Assembly: GCA_964016885.1 (NCBI GenBank)
Contig: OZ024744.1
Location: 36,456,001-36,520,000, forward strand
Direction: 5' to 3'
Source of the DNA: Eledone cirrhosa
Lineage: Eukaryota
DNA length: 64,000 nt
Below, in pieces: positions 48,834 through 64,000 of this stretch. A model generated the notes under the pieces. It ran no database searches. It had not been told where the DNA came from and was given only the letters and a program-made list of their open reading frames with translations. Position 1 is the stretch's first letter, and the number at the start of each line of letters is the position of its first letter. Both the position numbers and the translations under genes were made by a program.

Positions 48834-49706
48834 CAAGGTGTGTCAGAAAAGTTCCAGGACTGATGTCACAAAAAAGATTTATTTCAAATCCAGACTTCAC
48901 AAAGAGTTTTCTCATTCAAAGTAATCCCCCTGGCGTCTAATGCACTTTTCCAGCCTTTTCTGCCACGCTTGCATGCCCTCTTGGAAGGATTCTTCCGGGA
49001 TCCTCCGCAGTTCCGTCGTCACGGACTTTTTGATGTCGTCCACGTCTTCAAAACGGGTCCCCTCCGGGTCGTACTCGAACATCCATGACTCATCACCGGT
49101 GATGACTGTCCCTAGCAAGTCTTGTTCAGTTTCAAGACGCTCGAGGATGTTCTGGCACACTTGCATGCGTCGACCCTTCTGGTCACCGTTCAGTAGTTTT
49201 GGCACCATCTTTGCGCAGACTTTCCGCATGTCCAAATCTTCAGTGAGAATCTTCCAGACGCTGTTCCAATTCATGCATAGCTCATTTGCCATCAGTCGAA
49301 CACTCAGCCGATGATCACTACGTAACATCTGCCTGACGCGCTCAACGTTGACATCAGTCCTGGTTGTTGAGGGCCTTCCGCTCCTAGGGTCATTTTCCAC
49401 GTCCTCGCGTCCTTCTTTAAACCTCTTGCACCACTCAAAAACACGTAAGCGTGACATCGTCTCATCTCGATACACTTGCTGCAGCAATCCCAGTTTGTTC
49501 GTTGCTCTGTGGTCATCGCTTGACCACCTGAAACAGAGGACATGTATATAAAATTATGAAGAAAAAAGTTTGATCGCTGCAGAAAGCTAAGATTACAGTT
49601 ACATACTCCAGAGGGATTACTTTGAAGGAGAAAACTCCCAGGTTAAGTTTGGGTTTGAAATAAATCTTTTGTGACATCAGTCCTGGAACTTTTCTGTCAC
49701 ACCTCG
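48834..49706 (-). mobile_element. Internally deleted mariner transposon with ~55-bp TIRs and TA TSD
   Basis: TA|CAAGGTGTGTCAGAAAAGTTCCAGGACTGATGTCACAAAA ... TTTTGTGACATCAGTCCTGGAACTTTTCTGTCACACCTCG|TA; ORF 48912-49487 has HTH, RSGRP, MVPKLL, TGDESW, then jumps to the C-terminus, lacking the rest of the DDD domain. Confidence 0.93.
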
Positions 49707-50580
49707 TATGCATACACTCATACTTAGTCACATACATTCCTGTGTTTATGTACGTGATCATGGTGATCTTTGTCATACTACTCAAAATGTTTCCTCTAAC
49801 ATTGTCTAAGTGGTACCGTTGTTCAATGGATGATTATTTCAATGTAATTACACATTTTCACTGCTTTCCCTGTAACCATAAGCTCGGGCGGTTGTTGCAT
49901 CCCACGCCTTGCCAATAGGAGGCCCATCTTTTGGCCCAGGATAGCCTATTTCAATATTCGGTCCTAAGCCGTATATCTTGAGGTCATTCTGTTATCTGCC
50001 ATGTATCATAACAGTTTTCTCTTCTGATCGTGTGTCATAGATATTTGAAAATGGAATTCAATCAATTCTTTGCCTTTTTTTTAATATAAATATTTTCATG
50101 GGAGTTGCTCTGACGAGCTTTCCTATTTGTGGCCTTGTGAACACATCTTTACATGGATCACAAGATTAGCAGGTAGGTTACCTTTATTTAAAGACGAAAT
50201 TCCTAAATGCAATCACCAATTCTATTATTCTGATAGTTTCTTCCTCTATGGAATTCTCGTCCAGCTTCTTGCTTTCCTGATCACAACATTTTGTAAAAAA
50301 AACAAAAAACAACATAAAAGCAACACCAATCATCATCTTCTGTCTTCCTGAGTCTCTCCGCATTGTGCTTTTCCCTTCTCAGTAAACCTTTGTATTTTAG
50401 TGGCTTTATGGCTTTGCTTAGGGTGAGCAAAATTAAATAAATAATTTAATAAATAAATAAATAAATAAACTGTGCAAGCTATATAGCGGAACTTCTACCA
50501 TTATTGCAATTCCGCCCACTTAATATTGACGTTACTTAGCAATTAATCATATTGTAGTTATATACTCTACGTAGTCGCTG

Positions 50581-50677
<97 letters not shown>

Positions 50678-50678
<1 letters not shown>

Positions 50679-50987
50679 TGTTTCTACGTTAGGCACAAGG
50701 CCAGCAATTAACCAGTGTATTACTGGTACTTTATTTTATCGAGCCCGTAAGGATGAAAGGCAAAGTTACCCTCGGCGGGATAATAATAATAATAATAATT
50801 GTTTCTACTTTTGGCACCAGGCCAGCAATTATCCCAGTGCATTACTGGTACTTTATTTTATCGACCCCGTAAGGATGAAAGGCAAAGTTAACCTCGGCGG
50901 GATTTGAACATAAATCATAAAGGGAGGTAACTCTATGCTTCAAAGCATGGCGCCCGACCCTATACCGATACTGCCAATCCACCGCCC

Positions 50988-50990
<3 letters not shown>
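50678..50990 (-). mobile_element. Two SINE copies (one truncated, one full) within (TAA)n
   Basis: Reverse complement of the 39458 SINE. Confidence 0.85.
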
Positions 50991-51054
<64 letters not shown>

Positions 51055-51058
51055 GTAA

Positions 51059-51106
51059 TTGTGACTTGGTGATAACTCGTATGAACATAAAGCAAGATAA
51101 ATGCAA
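51059..51106 (+). mobile_element. Extreme 3' tip (~48 bp) of R4/Dong family 2 inserted in (TAA)n
   Basis: Reverse complement of 5503-5551 (TTGCATTTATCTTGCTTTATGTTCATACG.GTTATCACCAAGTCACAA). Confidence 0.8.
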
Positions 51107-52197
51107 CTATAATAATAATAATAGTAATACAAATAATAATAATAATAATAATAATAGTAACAACAACATCAATAGTAATAATACTAATAACAATAATAAA
51201 AAAAACACATTAGTTGTTTATATATAACTTTCCGTTAAATCAACTAACCTTCATTCGACCATCAAAGGCGTATATATAATGTTTATCGTATAGCAGCAAA
51301 TATTACGTGGGGAAAATTATTATTATTTTTTTTAACATCAAGATTCAATGTAAGTGAAATATGCTACATATTTTATTTCTTTTTAGTTATTTTGTTACGT
51401 CCGTTTTTAATGGTTTATTTACTCTATTGATGCATGTTATTCTATTTATATAATTTTAAGTATATATTCTCGGCTACTCAATCATTGTTTGTTTCATATC
51501 AGGGTCTAAGTTTAATATCGATTGTGACTTAACAGCAAACACATAAAAATCATCCTCTACTGCATGGGATATTTCAGTCACAATATCGCATGTCTTATAT
51601 TATTTCATTTTTATGACCTCACATTAATTTTACATACAGGCTCCATACGGCTACACAGGAGAAACACATATGTCCATATGCCTGTCATCATTTCAAGCTC
51701 GACCCCCCCCCCCCCTAAAAAAAACAATCCAGGGAGGTGAGTTACCGGGATTGTTACAGGATTAAACGAGATGTCTTGCGGTATTTGTTCCAGTTCTCTA
51801 GTTTAACATCCAGTTTCGGTCTACATGGGTGGTAGACTTAATCCGCTGCCTATTTTACCACCACCATCTGTCTCTTGGGTGCCTCTAGGGAAGTCTATTT
51901 TGTTTCAGGTATTCCCCTTCCCTGCCCTTCTCATTTACTGAAAAAGGCAGGGATTCTGCAATAAACAGCAAAAAACAAAACAAAAACAAGTAGAAACACA
52001 CATTGCATATGGACATATCTTTAATTAGAAACCAATGAGGGAACTAGAAATATAAGAATCCCTTCATATATGAACCTATTATCATAAGAAAGATACTGCA
52101 CTAGATACAGTATGTGAATAAAATACAGGTTGACCATGGCTGGAATGCCACCTTCATACATTGATCTGCACGATCAGTGCTGACCCAGCGATAAATA

Positions 52198-52380
52198 ATT
52201 GCTTCTACTTTGGGCTCAAGGCCAGCAATTTGAAGGGGAAGGGCAAGTCTATTAAATCGACCTCAGTGCATTACTGGTGCTTTATTTATCAACCCCGAAA
52301 GTATGAAAGGAAAAGCTAACCTCGGCGGCATTTGAATTCAGAACGCAAAGGGCCATAACTCTATGCTGCGAAGCATGCAT
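52198..52380 (-). mobile_element. Diverged SINE copy
   Basis: CAAGGCCAGCAATTT..ACTGGTGCTTTATTTATCAACCCCGAAAG.ATGAAAGG..CCTCGGCGGCATTTGAATTCAG. Confidence 0.7.
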
Positions 52381-52399
52381 CCCTGCTTACGATTCAATT

Positions 52400-53726
52400 A
52401 GAGGCAGTCTATGTCACTGTTGATGTGGAAGTTTCCGGTGTAGTTTAGGATTGTGTGGGTATTAACATCAATTGCTCGTATTTCGTCAATTGAGTATTCC
52501 AAACGTAGGACAGGCACAGCAAACACATTGTGAGCCACTGTATGACCATATCTTTCTTAATCCTGTGTAGTATTCCCTGATTACGCGTTCCTTATTACAG
52601 ATACCATTATAGGATACAAGTAGAATGGCCCGGCGTGGCTCTGAATTCTAAACATAGATTGGCATGTTTATCCCTCCTTTCTGAAATAGTACAGAGAAGT
52701 ACGGAATACCTCGGCCTGGGGATGGTATCTACATTTTGTGCCTATAAAAAAGATTCGTCGTAGATTACCAGGGGTTTAACTTAATTGGGTGCCTGAGAGT
52801 AAAATGTTCAACCCACGAAAGCCAAGACGATAGGTTTAAGTAAAATGGCATTCGACAAACCGAACATGTATTTGTTGTGCTATGGTACAATGAAAGCAAT
52901 AGTTACAGAGCAGTAAGCATGTGGGACTGCAGTGGTGGAGAGCATGAAGGAATTTAGTTGGATACATTTAAGGTTACAGGCCCTAACGCAACCAAAATAC
53001 TAAACAATGCGGTCCCCGGGTAAAAATTTGAAATCTTTTTCAGTCAAGAGAATTTGTGAAACATAAGTAATGCATATGCAAAGTAGAAAAAAATTGGTTG
53101 GGTACTTCTCGAGTTACTGGCCCTAACGCAAAAAAAATGCTTTAAAAAATTGGTTTTTCACCTAATGGGGTCCCTGAGGCAAAAATTGAGAAAATGTGTT
53201 TTGCTCAAAATACTTTAAACGACATAAGTAATGCAAATTCTGAAGAAATCGCCTGGATTATTGATCGGTTATGCCTAAAAACAGCCTCTAAAGCCTAAAA
53301 TATGCGGTTTTTCGCCTAATGCGGTCCCTAAGGCATTGAAAATTTGAAATATTTTTACTCAAAACACTCACACGACTATAAGTATTACATGTGTAAAGTT
53401 TTAAAAAAATCGGTTGGGTGGTCCTTGAGTTTTAGGGGGACAGACAGACAGACATTCACTATTTTAGATATATAATGTTTTCGTTTATCCCCAGGTATCT
53501 GTAGCAGTCCTCATCAGATATCGATGAAACAGTTAGGCCATTGATGACAATGTTGCTAGAATAGGTTGTTGTTTTTCCCCGCTTTACAGTCATATATGAG
53601 TCTTTATCTTGGCCAAACTCCTTTCCTTTGTTAAAACAAGTTAACATTTTTCTTCACCCCATTTAAGGTCCGGGCATATAGTTTCAGGTCATCAACAAAT
53701 AAATTATGGGTTAGGTTCGTATTTAT
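52400..53726 (-). mobile_element. R4/Dong family 3 RT fragment split by an ~860-bp insertion
   Basis: 52400-52616 and 53476-53726 are contiguous in the homolog at 45700-46200. Confidence 0.75.
52617..53475. mobile_element. Non-autonomous insertion, possibly Helitron-like, with internal ~170-bp subrepeats and subterminal (GACA)n
   Basis: Cleanly interrupts an RT fragment; no TIRs; ends GGACAGACAGACAGACATTCACTATTTTAGATATAT. Confidence 0.5.
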
Positions 53727-53729
53727 GTC

Positions 53730-53771
53730 CGTAGCAGCAGCAGCAGCAGCAGAAGCAGCAGTAGTAGTAGC

Positions 53772-53836
<65 letters not shown>

Positions 53837-53863
53837 AAGGAGTAGTAGTAGTATTATTAGTAT

Positions 53864-53921
<58 letters not shown>

Positions 53922-53948
53922 CCAGGGACGGGGCATTGGTAGAATCGT

Positions 53949-53999
<51 letters not shown>
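53730..53999. repeat. (GCA)n/(GTA)n/(GA)n microsatellites
   Basis: Direct reading. Confidence 0.95.
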
Positions 54000-54000
<1 letters not shown>

Positions 54001-55170
54001 GGGATGCTTTGCGGTCACTGATCCAGATCTCTGCATCCTGAGTTCAAATTCTGCCCCAGCAACTGATATCGACAATAAAAAGAATAATAGAAACATTGTA
54101 TTCTCGTTTCAATCTGCCATGAGCTAATAAACTGAGAAAGAATTCCAGTGAGGTGACATCGTTCTGGTCAGAAAGGACTTTGGGGAAAAGCCTGAATACA
54201 AGTGTTATAAGACTAGCCAGCTCGAAAAGGGCACGGTGCACTGCTATAGTGGTAGGAGAAGCAGAGATAGGGAGATAGAGATACTGGTGCGGGGATGGAG
54301 GGAGAGATGGAAGGAGAGAGAAAGAAAGAAAGAGAGATAGAAAGAGACATGGGGAATGGATGGAGGAGAGATGGAGGAGAGGTGGAGTGAGAGAGAGAGA
54401 GAGAGGAAAGGGGAGAGAAAGAAAAGGAGAGAGAGACGGAGAGATATTGAGGGAGAGAGAAAGAAAGAAAGAAAGAAAGAAAGAGAGACACAGGGAGAGA
54501 AAAAAAGAGAGAAGGAAGCCAGTACGTCTGTAGTTCAGATGCTGGAGAGTGTTTATATACGGAAATAATTCGGAGATTTTTCTCATTTCGTTAACGTTTA
54601 TCAGCTTTTCATGTGATATGATATCGACAGTCGATCGACTTTCATCAAATCGGACCGAGGAAACAATATTTCCATTGGTCTGTCCAATTGCTAATACTAT
54701 CTATCGGTCAAAACTCCTGGTAGAAGGAGCAACATGAAATAAAGTGTCTTGTTCAAGGACATAACGCCTCGCCCGGTCAAGGAATCGAAATCACAACCTC
54801 AAGATTGCGAATCCAATTATCTAACAACTCAGCCACGTGCCTTCACATATGATATTATATCTGTATTAAAATTGTTGATTATCAAAGACATATTAGAATT
54901 TGCTCATCATGAATAGTTGTATACAAACCTTAGAGATTTTCATCCTTTTACTGAAACACTGACATTATAGTTGTTTCCCGGTCATCGTTAATCCTACCAA
55001 TAATATAAAAACTTTATCATTTTCCACCCTACCCCGCTTCTCTCTCTCTCTATCACTTTCCCCCTCTCTCTCTCTTTTCCATCTCTCTCTTCTTTCCCTC
55101 GCTCACTCTATCACTTCCACTCTCTTACTCTTAATATATCTCTCCCTCTTTCTTTCTCTCTCACTCTTAC

Positions 55171-55237
<67 letters not shown>

Positions 55238-55623
55238 TCCTCTCTAACTCTCTATCTCTCTCCCTCTATCTATCTTTACTAGACTCTCTCTTACACAGTC
55301 TCACTCGCCCTCTCTCTCTTAAACAGTATCTCTCTTTCTCTCCCTCTATATTTCACTCTTTCTTTCTCGCTCTCTCCCATTCTCTCGATCACTTTCTCTC
55401 TATCTCTCTTTCATTCTCAAATATATATCCACTTTCTCCTAAAATTACTACCAATTGTGCGAGTTAATCTTGTTTTCGAACAATTGCATCTCATTTACAA
55501 GGAAATTTCCCATTGCTAATCAAATTATATCGGAACAAACATACATGTATATCGTTCCTTTACAGTTGTGGGGAAACAACAGAAATAATACTTAACGTTT
55601 ATTTATAAACAATAAATATCCTT

Positions 55624-58600
55624 ATCAGCTACATCAGCTACACTACATCAGCAACACTACATCAGCTACACTACACCAGCTACACTACATCAGCTACACT
55701 ACACCAGCTACATCAGCTACAGTACATTAACTGCACTACATCAACTACACTAAATCAGCTACACTACATCAGCTACATTACATCCGCTAGACTAACTCAG
55801 CTACATAACATCAGCTACACTATATCAGCTACACTACATCAGCTACATTAAATTAGCTATAATACATTGGCTACACTACATCAGCTACACTACATAAACT
55901 ACAACAGTTACACTATATCAGCTACACTACATCAGTTCCACTACATCATCTCCACTACATCAGCTACAATAGCTACACTACATTAGCTACATTACATCAG
56001 CTACACTACATCAGCTACACTACATTAGCTACTCTACATCAACTACACTACATCAGCTACCCTACATCAACTACACTACATCAGCAACACTACATCAGCT
56101 ACACTACATCTACTACACTACATCAGCTACACTACATTAGCTACACTACATCATCTACACTACATCAGCTACACTACATTAGCTACAGTACATTAGCTAC
56201 ACTACATCAGCTACACTACATCAGCTACAATAGCTACAGTACATTAGCTACACTACATCAGCTACACTACATCAGCTACACTACATTAGTTACACTACAT
56301 CAGCTACACTACACCAGCTACACTACATCAGCTACTCTACATCAGCTACATCAGCTACTCTACATCAGCTACATCAGCTACACTACATCAGCTACACTAC
56401 ATCAGCTACACTACACCAGCTACACTACATCAGCTACTCTACATCAGCTACATCAGCTACACTACATCAGCTACACTACATCAGCTACACTACATCAGCT
56501 ACATTAAATTAGCTACAATACATTGGCTACACTACATCAGCTACACAACATCAGCTACACTACATAAACTACATCAGTTACACTATATCAGCTACACTAC
56601 ACCAGCTACACTACCACACCTACACTACACCAGCTACACTACATCAGTTCCACTACATCATCTACACTACATCAGCTACATTAGTTACACTACATTAGCA
56701 ACACTACATCAGCAACACTACATCAGCTATACTACATCAGCTACACTACATCAGCTACCCTACATCAACTACACTACATCAGCTACACTACATCAGCTAA
56801 ATTATCTACACTATATCAGCTACACTACTTCAGCTACACTACCACACCTACATTACATCAGCTACACTACATCAGTTCCACTACATCATCTACACTACAT
56901 AAGCTACATTAGCTACACGACATCAGCTACACTACATCGGCTACACTACATCAGCTACACTACATCAGCTACACTACATCAGCTACATCAGCTACAGTAC
57001 ATTAGCTGCACTACATCAACTACACTAAATCAGCTACACTACATCAGCTACATTACATCAGCTAGACTAACTCAGCTACATAACATCAGCTACACTATAT
57101 CAGATACACTACATCAGCTACATTAAATTAGCTATAATACATTGGCTACACTACATCAGCTACACTACATAAACTACAACAGTTACACTATATCAGCTAC
57201 ACTACATCAGTTCCACTACATCATCTCCACTACATCAGCTACATTAGCTACACTACATTAGCTACATTACATCAGCTACACTACATCAGCTACACTACAT
57301 CAGCTACACTACATTAGCTACTCTACATCAACTACACTACATCAGCTACCCTACATCAACTACACTACATCAGAAACACTACATCAGCTACACTACATCT
57401 ACTACACTACATCAGCTACACTACATTAGCTACAGTACATTTGCTACACTACGTCAGCTACACTACATCAGATACAATAGCTACAGTACATTAGCTACAC
57501 TACATCAGATACACTACATCAGCTACACTACATCAGTTACACTACATCAGTTCCACTACATCAGCTACACTACATCAGCTACACTACATCAGCTACTCTA
57601 CATCAGCTACACTACATCAGCTACATCAGCTACAGTACATTAGCTACACTACATCAGCTACACTACACCAGCTACACTACATCAGCTACTCTACATCAGC
57701 TACATCAGCTACACTACATCAGCTACACTACATCAGCTACATTAAATTAGCTACAATACATTGGCTACACTATATCAGCTGCACTACATCAGCTACACTA
57801 CATCAGCTACACTACATAAACTACATCAGTTACACTACATTAGCAACACTACATCAGCTACCCTACATCAGCTACATCAGCTACACTATAACACCTACAC
57901 TACATCAGCTACACTACATCAGTTACTCTACATCAGCTACACTACATTAGCTACACTACATCAGCTACACAACATCAGCTAAGTTAGCTACAGTACATTA
58001 GCTACACTACATCAGCTACACTACATCAGCTACACTACATACGCCACATCAGCTACACTACAACACCTACACTACATGAGCTACACTACATCAGCTACGC
58101 TACATCAACTACATTAAATTAGCTACAATACATTTGCTACACTATATCAGCTAAATAACATCAGCTACACTACTTCAGCTACACTACATCAGCTACACTA
58201 CATCAGCTACACTACATCAGCTACACTATATCAGCCAAACAACATCAGTTACACTAGATCAGCTACACTACATCCATTACACTACACCAGCTAACTACAT
58301 CAGCTACACTACATCTGCTACACTACGTCAGTTACTCTACATTAGCTACACTACATCGGCTACACTACATCGGCTACACTACATCAGCTACTCTACATCG
58401 GCTACACTAGCTGATGTATCTGATGTAGTGTGGCTGATGTAGCTACACTACATCAGCCACACTACATCAGATACATCAGCTACAGTACATTAGCTACAAT
58501 ACATTGGCTACACTATATCAGCTAAACTACACTACATCAACTACACTACATCAGCTACCTACATCAACTACACTTCATCAGCTACATCACCTACATCAGC

Positions 58601-61600
58601 TACATCACCTACACTACACCAGCTACACTACATCAGCTACACTACATTAGCTACACTACATCAGCTACACAACATCAACTACATTAAATTAGCTACAATC
58701 CATTTGCTACACTATATCAGATAAATAACATCAGCTACACTATTTCAGCTACACTACATCAGCTACACTACATCAGCTACACTACATCGGCTACACTACA
58801 TCGGCTACACTGCATCAGCTACTCTACATCGGCTACACTACAAACAACACTACATCAGCTACACTTCATCAGCTACACTACATTAGCTACACTACATTAG
58901 CTACAGTATATTAGTTACACTACATCAGCTACACTGCATCAGCTACACTACATCAGTTACATTACATCAGCTACACTACATCAGTTACATTACATCAGCT
59001 AGACTACATCAGCTACACTACATCAGATACACTACAGCTACATCAGCTATACTACATCAGCTATACTACATAATTACACTACATCAGTTACATTACATCA
59101 GCTGCACTACATCAGCTACACTACATCAGCTACATCAGCTACACTACAACAGCTACACTATATTAGCTACACTACATCAGCTCCTCAACATCAGCTAAGT
59201 TAGCTACAGTACATTAGCTACACTACATCAGCTACACTACATCAGCCACATCAGCTACACTACAACACCTACACTACATCAGCTACACTACATCAGCTAC
59301 ACTACATCAGCTACACTACATCAGCTACACTACATAAACTACATCAGTTACTCTACATCAGCTACACTACATTAGCTACACTACATCAGCTACACAACAT
59401 CAGCTAAGTTAGCTACACTACATCAGCTACACTACATCAGCTACACTACATTAGCTACACTACATCAGCTACACAACATCAACTACATTAAATTAGCTAC
59501 AATACATTTGCTACACTATATCAGCTGCACTACATTAGCTACAGTACATTTGCTACACTACATCAGCTACACTACATCAGATACAATAGCTACAGTACAT
59601 TAGCTACACTACATCAGATACACTACATCAGCTACACTACATCAGTTACACTACATCAGTTCCACTACATCAGCTACACTACATCAGCTACATTACATCA
59701 GCTACTCTACATCAGCTACATCAGCTATTCTACATCAGCTACATCAGCTACAGTACATTAGCTACACTACATCAGCTACACTACACCAGCTACACTACAT
59801 CAGCTACTCTACATCAGCTACATCAGCTACACTACATCAGCTACACTACATCAGCTACATTAAATTAGCTACAATACATTGGCTACACTATTCAGCTGCA
59901 CGACATCAGCTACACTACATCAGCTACACTACATAAACTACATCAGCTACACTATAACACCTACACTACATCAGCTACACTACATCAGCTACACAACATC
60001 AGCTACACTACATAAACTACATCAGTTACTCTACATCAGCTACACTACATTAGCTACACTACATCAGCTACACAACATCAGCTAAGTTAGCTACAATACA
60101 TCAGCTACACTACATACGCTACATCAGCTACACTACAACACCTACACTACATCAGCTACACTACATCAGCTACGCTACATCAACTACATTATATTAGCTA
60201 CAATACATTTGCTACACTATATCAGCTAAACAACATCAGCTACACTACTTCAGCTACACTACATCAGCTACACTACATCAGCTACACTACATCAGCTACA
60301 TAATATCAGCCAAACAACATCAGCTACACTAGATCAGCTACACTACATCCATTACACTACACCAGCTAACTACATCAGCTACACTACATCTGCTACACTA
60401 CGTCAGTTACTCTACATTAGCTACACTACATCGGCTACACTACATCGGCTACACTACATCAGCTACTCTACATCGGCTACACTAGCTGATGTATCTGATG
60501 TAGTGTGGCTGATGTAGCTACACTACATCAGCCACACTACATCAGATACATCAGCTACAGTACATTAGCTACAATACATTGGCTAAACTATATCAGCTAA
60601 ACTACACTACATCAACTACAATACATCAGCTACCTACATCAACTACATTCATCAGCTACATCACCTACATCAGCTACATCACCTACACTACACCAGCTAC
60701 ACTACATCAGCTACACTACATTAGATACACTATATCAGCTACACAACATCAACTACATTAAATTAGCTACAATACATTTGCTACACTATATCAGCTAAAT
60801 AACATCAGCTACACTACTTCAGCTACACTACATCAGCTACACTACATCAGCTACACTACATCGGCTACACTACATCGACTACACTACAAACTACACTACA
60901 TCAGCTACACTTCATCAGCTACACTACATTAGCTACACTACATTAGCTACAGTATATTAGCTATACTACATCAGCTACACTGCATCAGCTACACTACATC
61001 AGTTACATTACATCAGCTACACTACATCAGTTACATTACATCAGCTACACTACATTAGCTACAGTACATTAGCTACACTACATCAGCTACACTACATCAG
61101 CTAGACTACATCAGCTACACTACATCAGATACACTACAGCTACATCAGCTATACTACATCAGCTATACTACATAATTACACTACATCAGTTACACTACAT
61201 CAGCTGCACTACATCAGCTACACTACATCAGCTACATCAGCTACACTACAACAGCTACACTACATTAGCTACACTACATCAGCTACACAACATCAGCTAA
61301 GTTAGCTACAGTACATTAGCTACACTACATCAGCCACATCAGCTACACTACAACACCTACACTACATCAGCTACACTACATCAGCTACACTACATAAACT
61401 ACATCAGTTACACTACATTAGCTACACTACATCAGCTACCCTACATCAGCTACATCAGCTACACTACAACACCTACACTACATCAGCTACACTACATCAG
61501 CTACACTACATCAGCTACACTACATAAACTACATCAGTTACTCTACATCAGCTACACTACATTAGCTACACTACATCAGCTACACAACATCAGCTAAGTT

Positions 61601-63188
61601 AGCTACACTACATCAGCTACACTACATCAGCTACACTACATTAGCTACACTACATCAGTTACACAACATCAACTACATTAAATTAGCTACAATACATTTG
61701 CTACACTATATCAGCTGCACTACATCAGCTACACTAGATCAGCTAAACAACATCAGCTACACTACTTCAGCTACACTACATCAGCTACACTACATCAGCT
61801 ACACTACATCAGCTACACTACATCAGCTACACTATATCAGCCAAACAACATCAGCTACACTAGATCAGCTACACTACATCCATTACACTACACCAGCTAA
61901 CTACATCAGCTACACTACATCTGCTACACTACATCAGTTACTCTACATTAGCTACACTACATCAGCTACACTACATCAGCCACACTACATCAGATACATC
62001 AGCTACAGTACATTAGCTACAATACATTGGCTACACTATATCAGCTAAACTACACTACATCAACTACACTACATCAGCTACCCTACATCAACTACACTCA
62101 CCGGCTACATCACCTACATCAGCTACATCACCTACACTACACCAGCTACACTACATCAGCTACACTACATCGGCTACACTACATCGGCTACACTACATCA
62201 GCTACTCTACATCGGCTACACTACAAACTACACAAACATCAGCTAAACTTCATCAGCTACACTACATCAGCTACACTACATTAGCTACAGTATATTAGCT
62301 ACACTACATCAGCTACACTGCATCAGCTACACTACATCAGTTACATTACATCAGCTACACTACATCAGTTACATTACATCAGCTACACTACATTAGCTGC
62401 ACTACATTAGCTACAGTACATTAGCTACATTACATTAGCTACACTACATCAGCTACTCTACATCAGCTACACTACATCAGATACACTACATCAGCTACAT
62501 CAGCTACACTACATTAGCTACACTACATTAGCTACACTTCATCAGTTACACTACATCAGCTACACTACATCAGTTACCCTACATCAGTTACACTACATCA
62601 GCTGCACTACATCAGTTCCACTACATCAGCTACATACATCAGCTACACTACATCAGTTACATACATCAGCTACACTACATTAGCTACACTACATTGGCTA
62701 CACTACATCAGCTACACTACATCAGCTACATTAAATTAGCTACAATACATTGCCTACACTATATCAGCCAAACAACATCAGCTACGCTAGATCAGCTACA
62801 CTACATCCATTACACTACACCAGCTAACTACATCAGCTACACTACATCTGCTACACTACATCAGCTACACTTCATTAGCTACACTACCTCAACTACACTA
62901 GATCAGCTGCCCTACATCAACTACACTACATCAGCTACATCATCTACATCAGCTACATCAGCTACACTACATCAGCTACACTACATCAGCTACACTACAT
63001 TAGCTACACTACATTAGCTACAGTACATTAGCTACACTACATCAGCTACACTACATCAGCTACACTACATCAGCTAGACTACATCAGCTACCCTATTTCA
63101 GCTACACTACATCAGCGACACTACATCAGCTACACTACATCAGTTACACTACATCAGCTACACTACATCAGTTATACTACATCAGCTT
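55624..63188. repeat. 7.5-kb minisatellite, 14-bp unit ATCAGCTACACTAC, with higher-order duplications
   Basis: Hundreds of units; variant blocks recur, e.g. the same inversion at 58408 and 60483. Confidence 0.97.
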
Positions 63189-63199
63189 CATCAGCAATA

Positions 63200-63850
63200 T
63201 CCGAAAGAATTTATAATCTATTTGAAACATTGTATATGTTATAAGAATTTGAATTTTGAAAGACACGACAATGCGGGTTTGGAGGGAAAATAATGAAGTC
63301 GTAAGAAACGGGGTTTCTATTTTTTCCCTTGATTTGTTCTGATATTTCGAGTCACTATTTAATTTTCCGATGTCGCTTGCTATAGCGAGCGACATCGGAC
63401 GCTAGAATAGCTTCTTTATGGCAAACCACATCGGACTGGAATAGTTCCTTTATTTTCCTCGGAACAAGAGATATTAATCTAGAAATATGAGGACATATGA
63501 ATAAATTAAGTTCATAAAAACCACCCCTGCTTCTTACGATTGATTTATTTTCCGTCCAAACCCGCATTGTCGTGGCTTTCAAACTTCGAAACTTTCTAAT
63601 ATTAATGCTTAACTGTATAAAATCTTAACCCTTTCAAATATTTTTTCCTTTTATTGGAGATCTGAATAATTGTGTATTACGGTAAATATAATCTTGTCTT
63701 GTTATCATGAAGCTTTCCAATATATTTAACTGCTTCTGCTCTTCACGATTATTACTATATATAATTAATGCTTCCCGATATGTAACTGAGAACTGTTCTA
63801 TTATGATATGTGGGATTAAATTTATATTAATCGTATGTAATGTTATTTTA
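63200..63850 (-). mobile_element. Possible degenerate PLE endonuclease-region fragment
   Basis: KIKELFQS and QLNILESFMI resemble PLE linker and GIY-YIG C-terminal motifs; catalytic motifs not clear. Confidence 0.3.
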
Positions 63851-64000
63851 ACATGTTTCTGGCATACATACGTACAAATATATACATACATGAATGGTGG
63901 CTGCCAACTCGTTTTCGAGTACGGCCACTACTTTATATCTATGTAGGAGAACCCCTATCGATGCGCTGAACGAGTGTGACTTTTTAGTCCAGCCAGCGAC

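Noticed and set aside
55624-63188. Minisatellite ORFs (YISYTTSATLHQLH) and resemblance of minus-strand CTGATGT to the HHR core
   Set aside because: The 14-bp period produces the repeated peptide in all frames with frequent stops; no GAAA or stems

Overview
AT-rich, repeat-saturated animal genomic DNA. The SINE family and microsatellite content suggest an octopus or other cephalopod (inference). I found no convincing host gene. Contents: (1) R4/Dong-type RLE non-LTR retrotransposons sitting in (TAA)n tracts. (2) A very young Penelope-like element (PLE) with an intact 1210-aa RT + GIY-YIG ORF, direct pseudo-LTRs and an inverted terminal copy, plus two decayed PLEs of a second lineage. (3) RTE-type LINE fragments, an internally deleted mariner, a decayed hAT, tRNA-derived SINEs and a 7.5-kb 14-bp minisatellite. 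The main signal, invisible in the ORF track, is a dense cluster of type I hammerhead ribozyme (HHR) motifs, about 20 copies in at least 4 sequence families between 9.7 and 39.4 kb. Two families form tandem arrays (about 570-640 bp and about 430 bp units, one HHR per unit) that switch strand at a fold-back junction. Diverged relatives nearby show compensatory base changes in the ribozyme stems. The arrays look like non-autonomous retrozyme-type RNAs. They share (TA)n borders and fold-back architecture with the adjacent intact PLE, which is their candidate mobiliser. Several (TA)n-bounded insertion nests are also bracketed by short inverted copies of flanking DNA. All folds were done by eye and coordinates may be off by a few bases.
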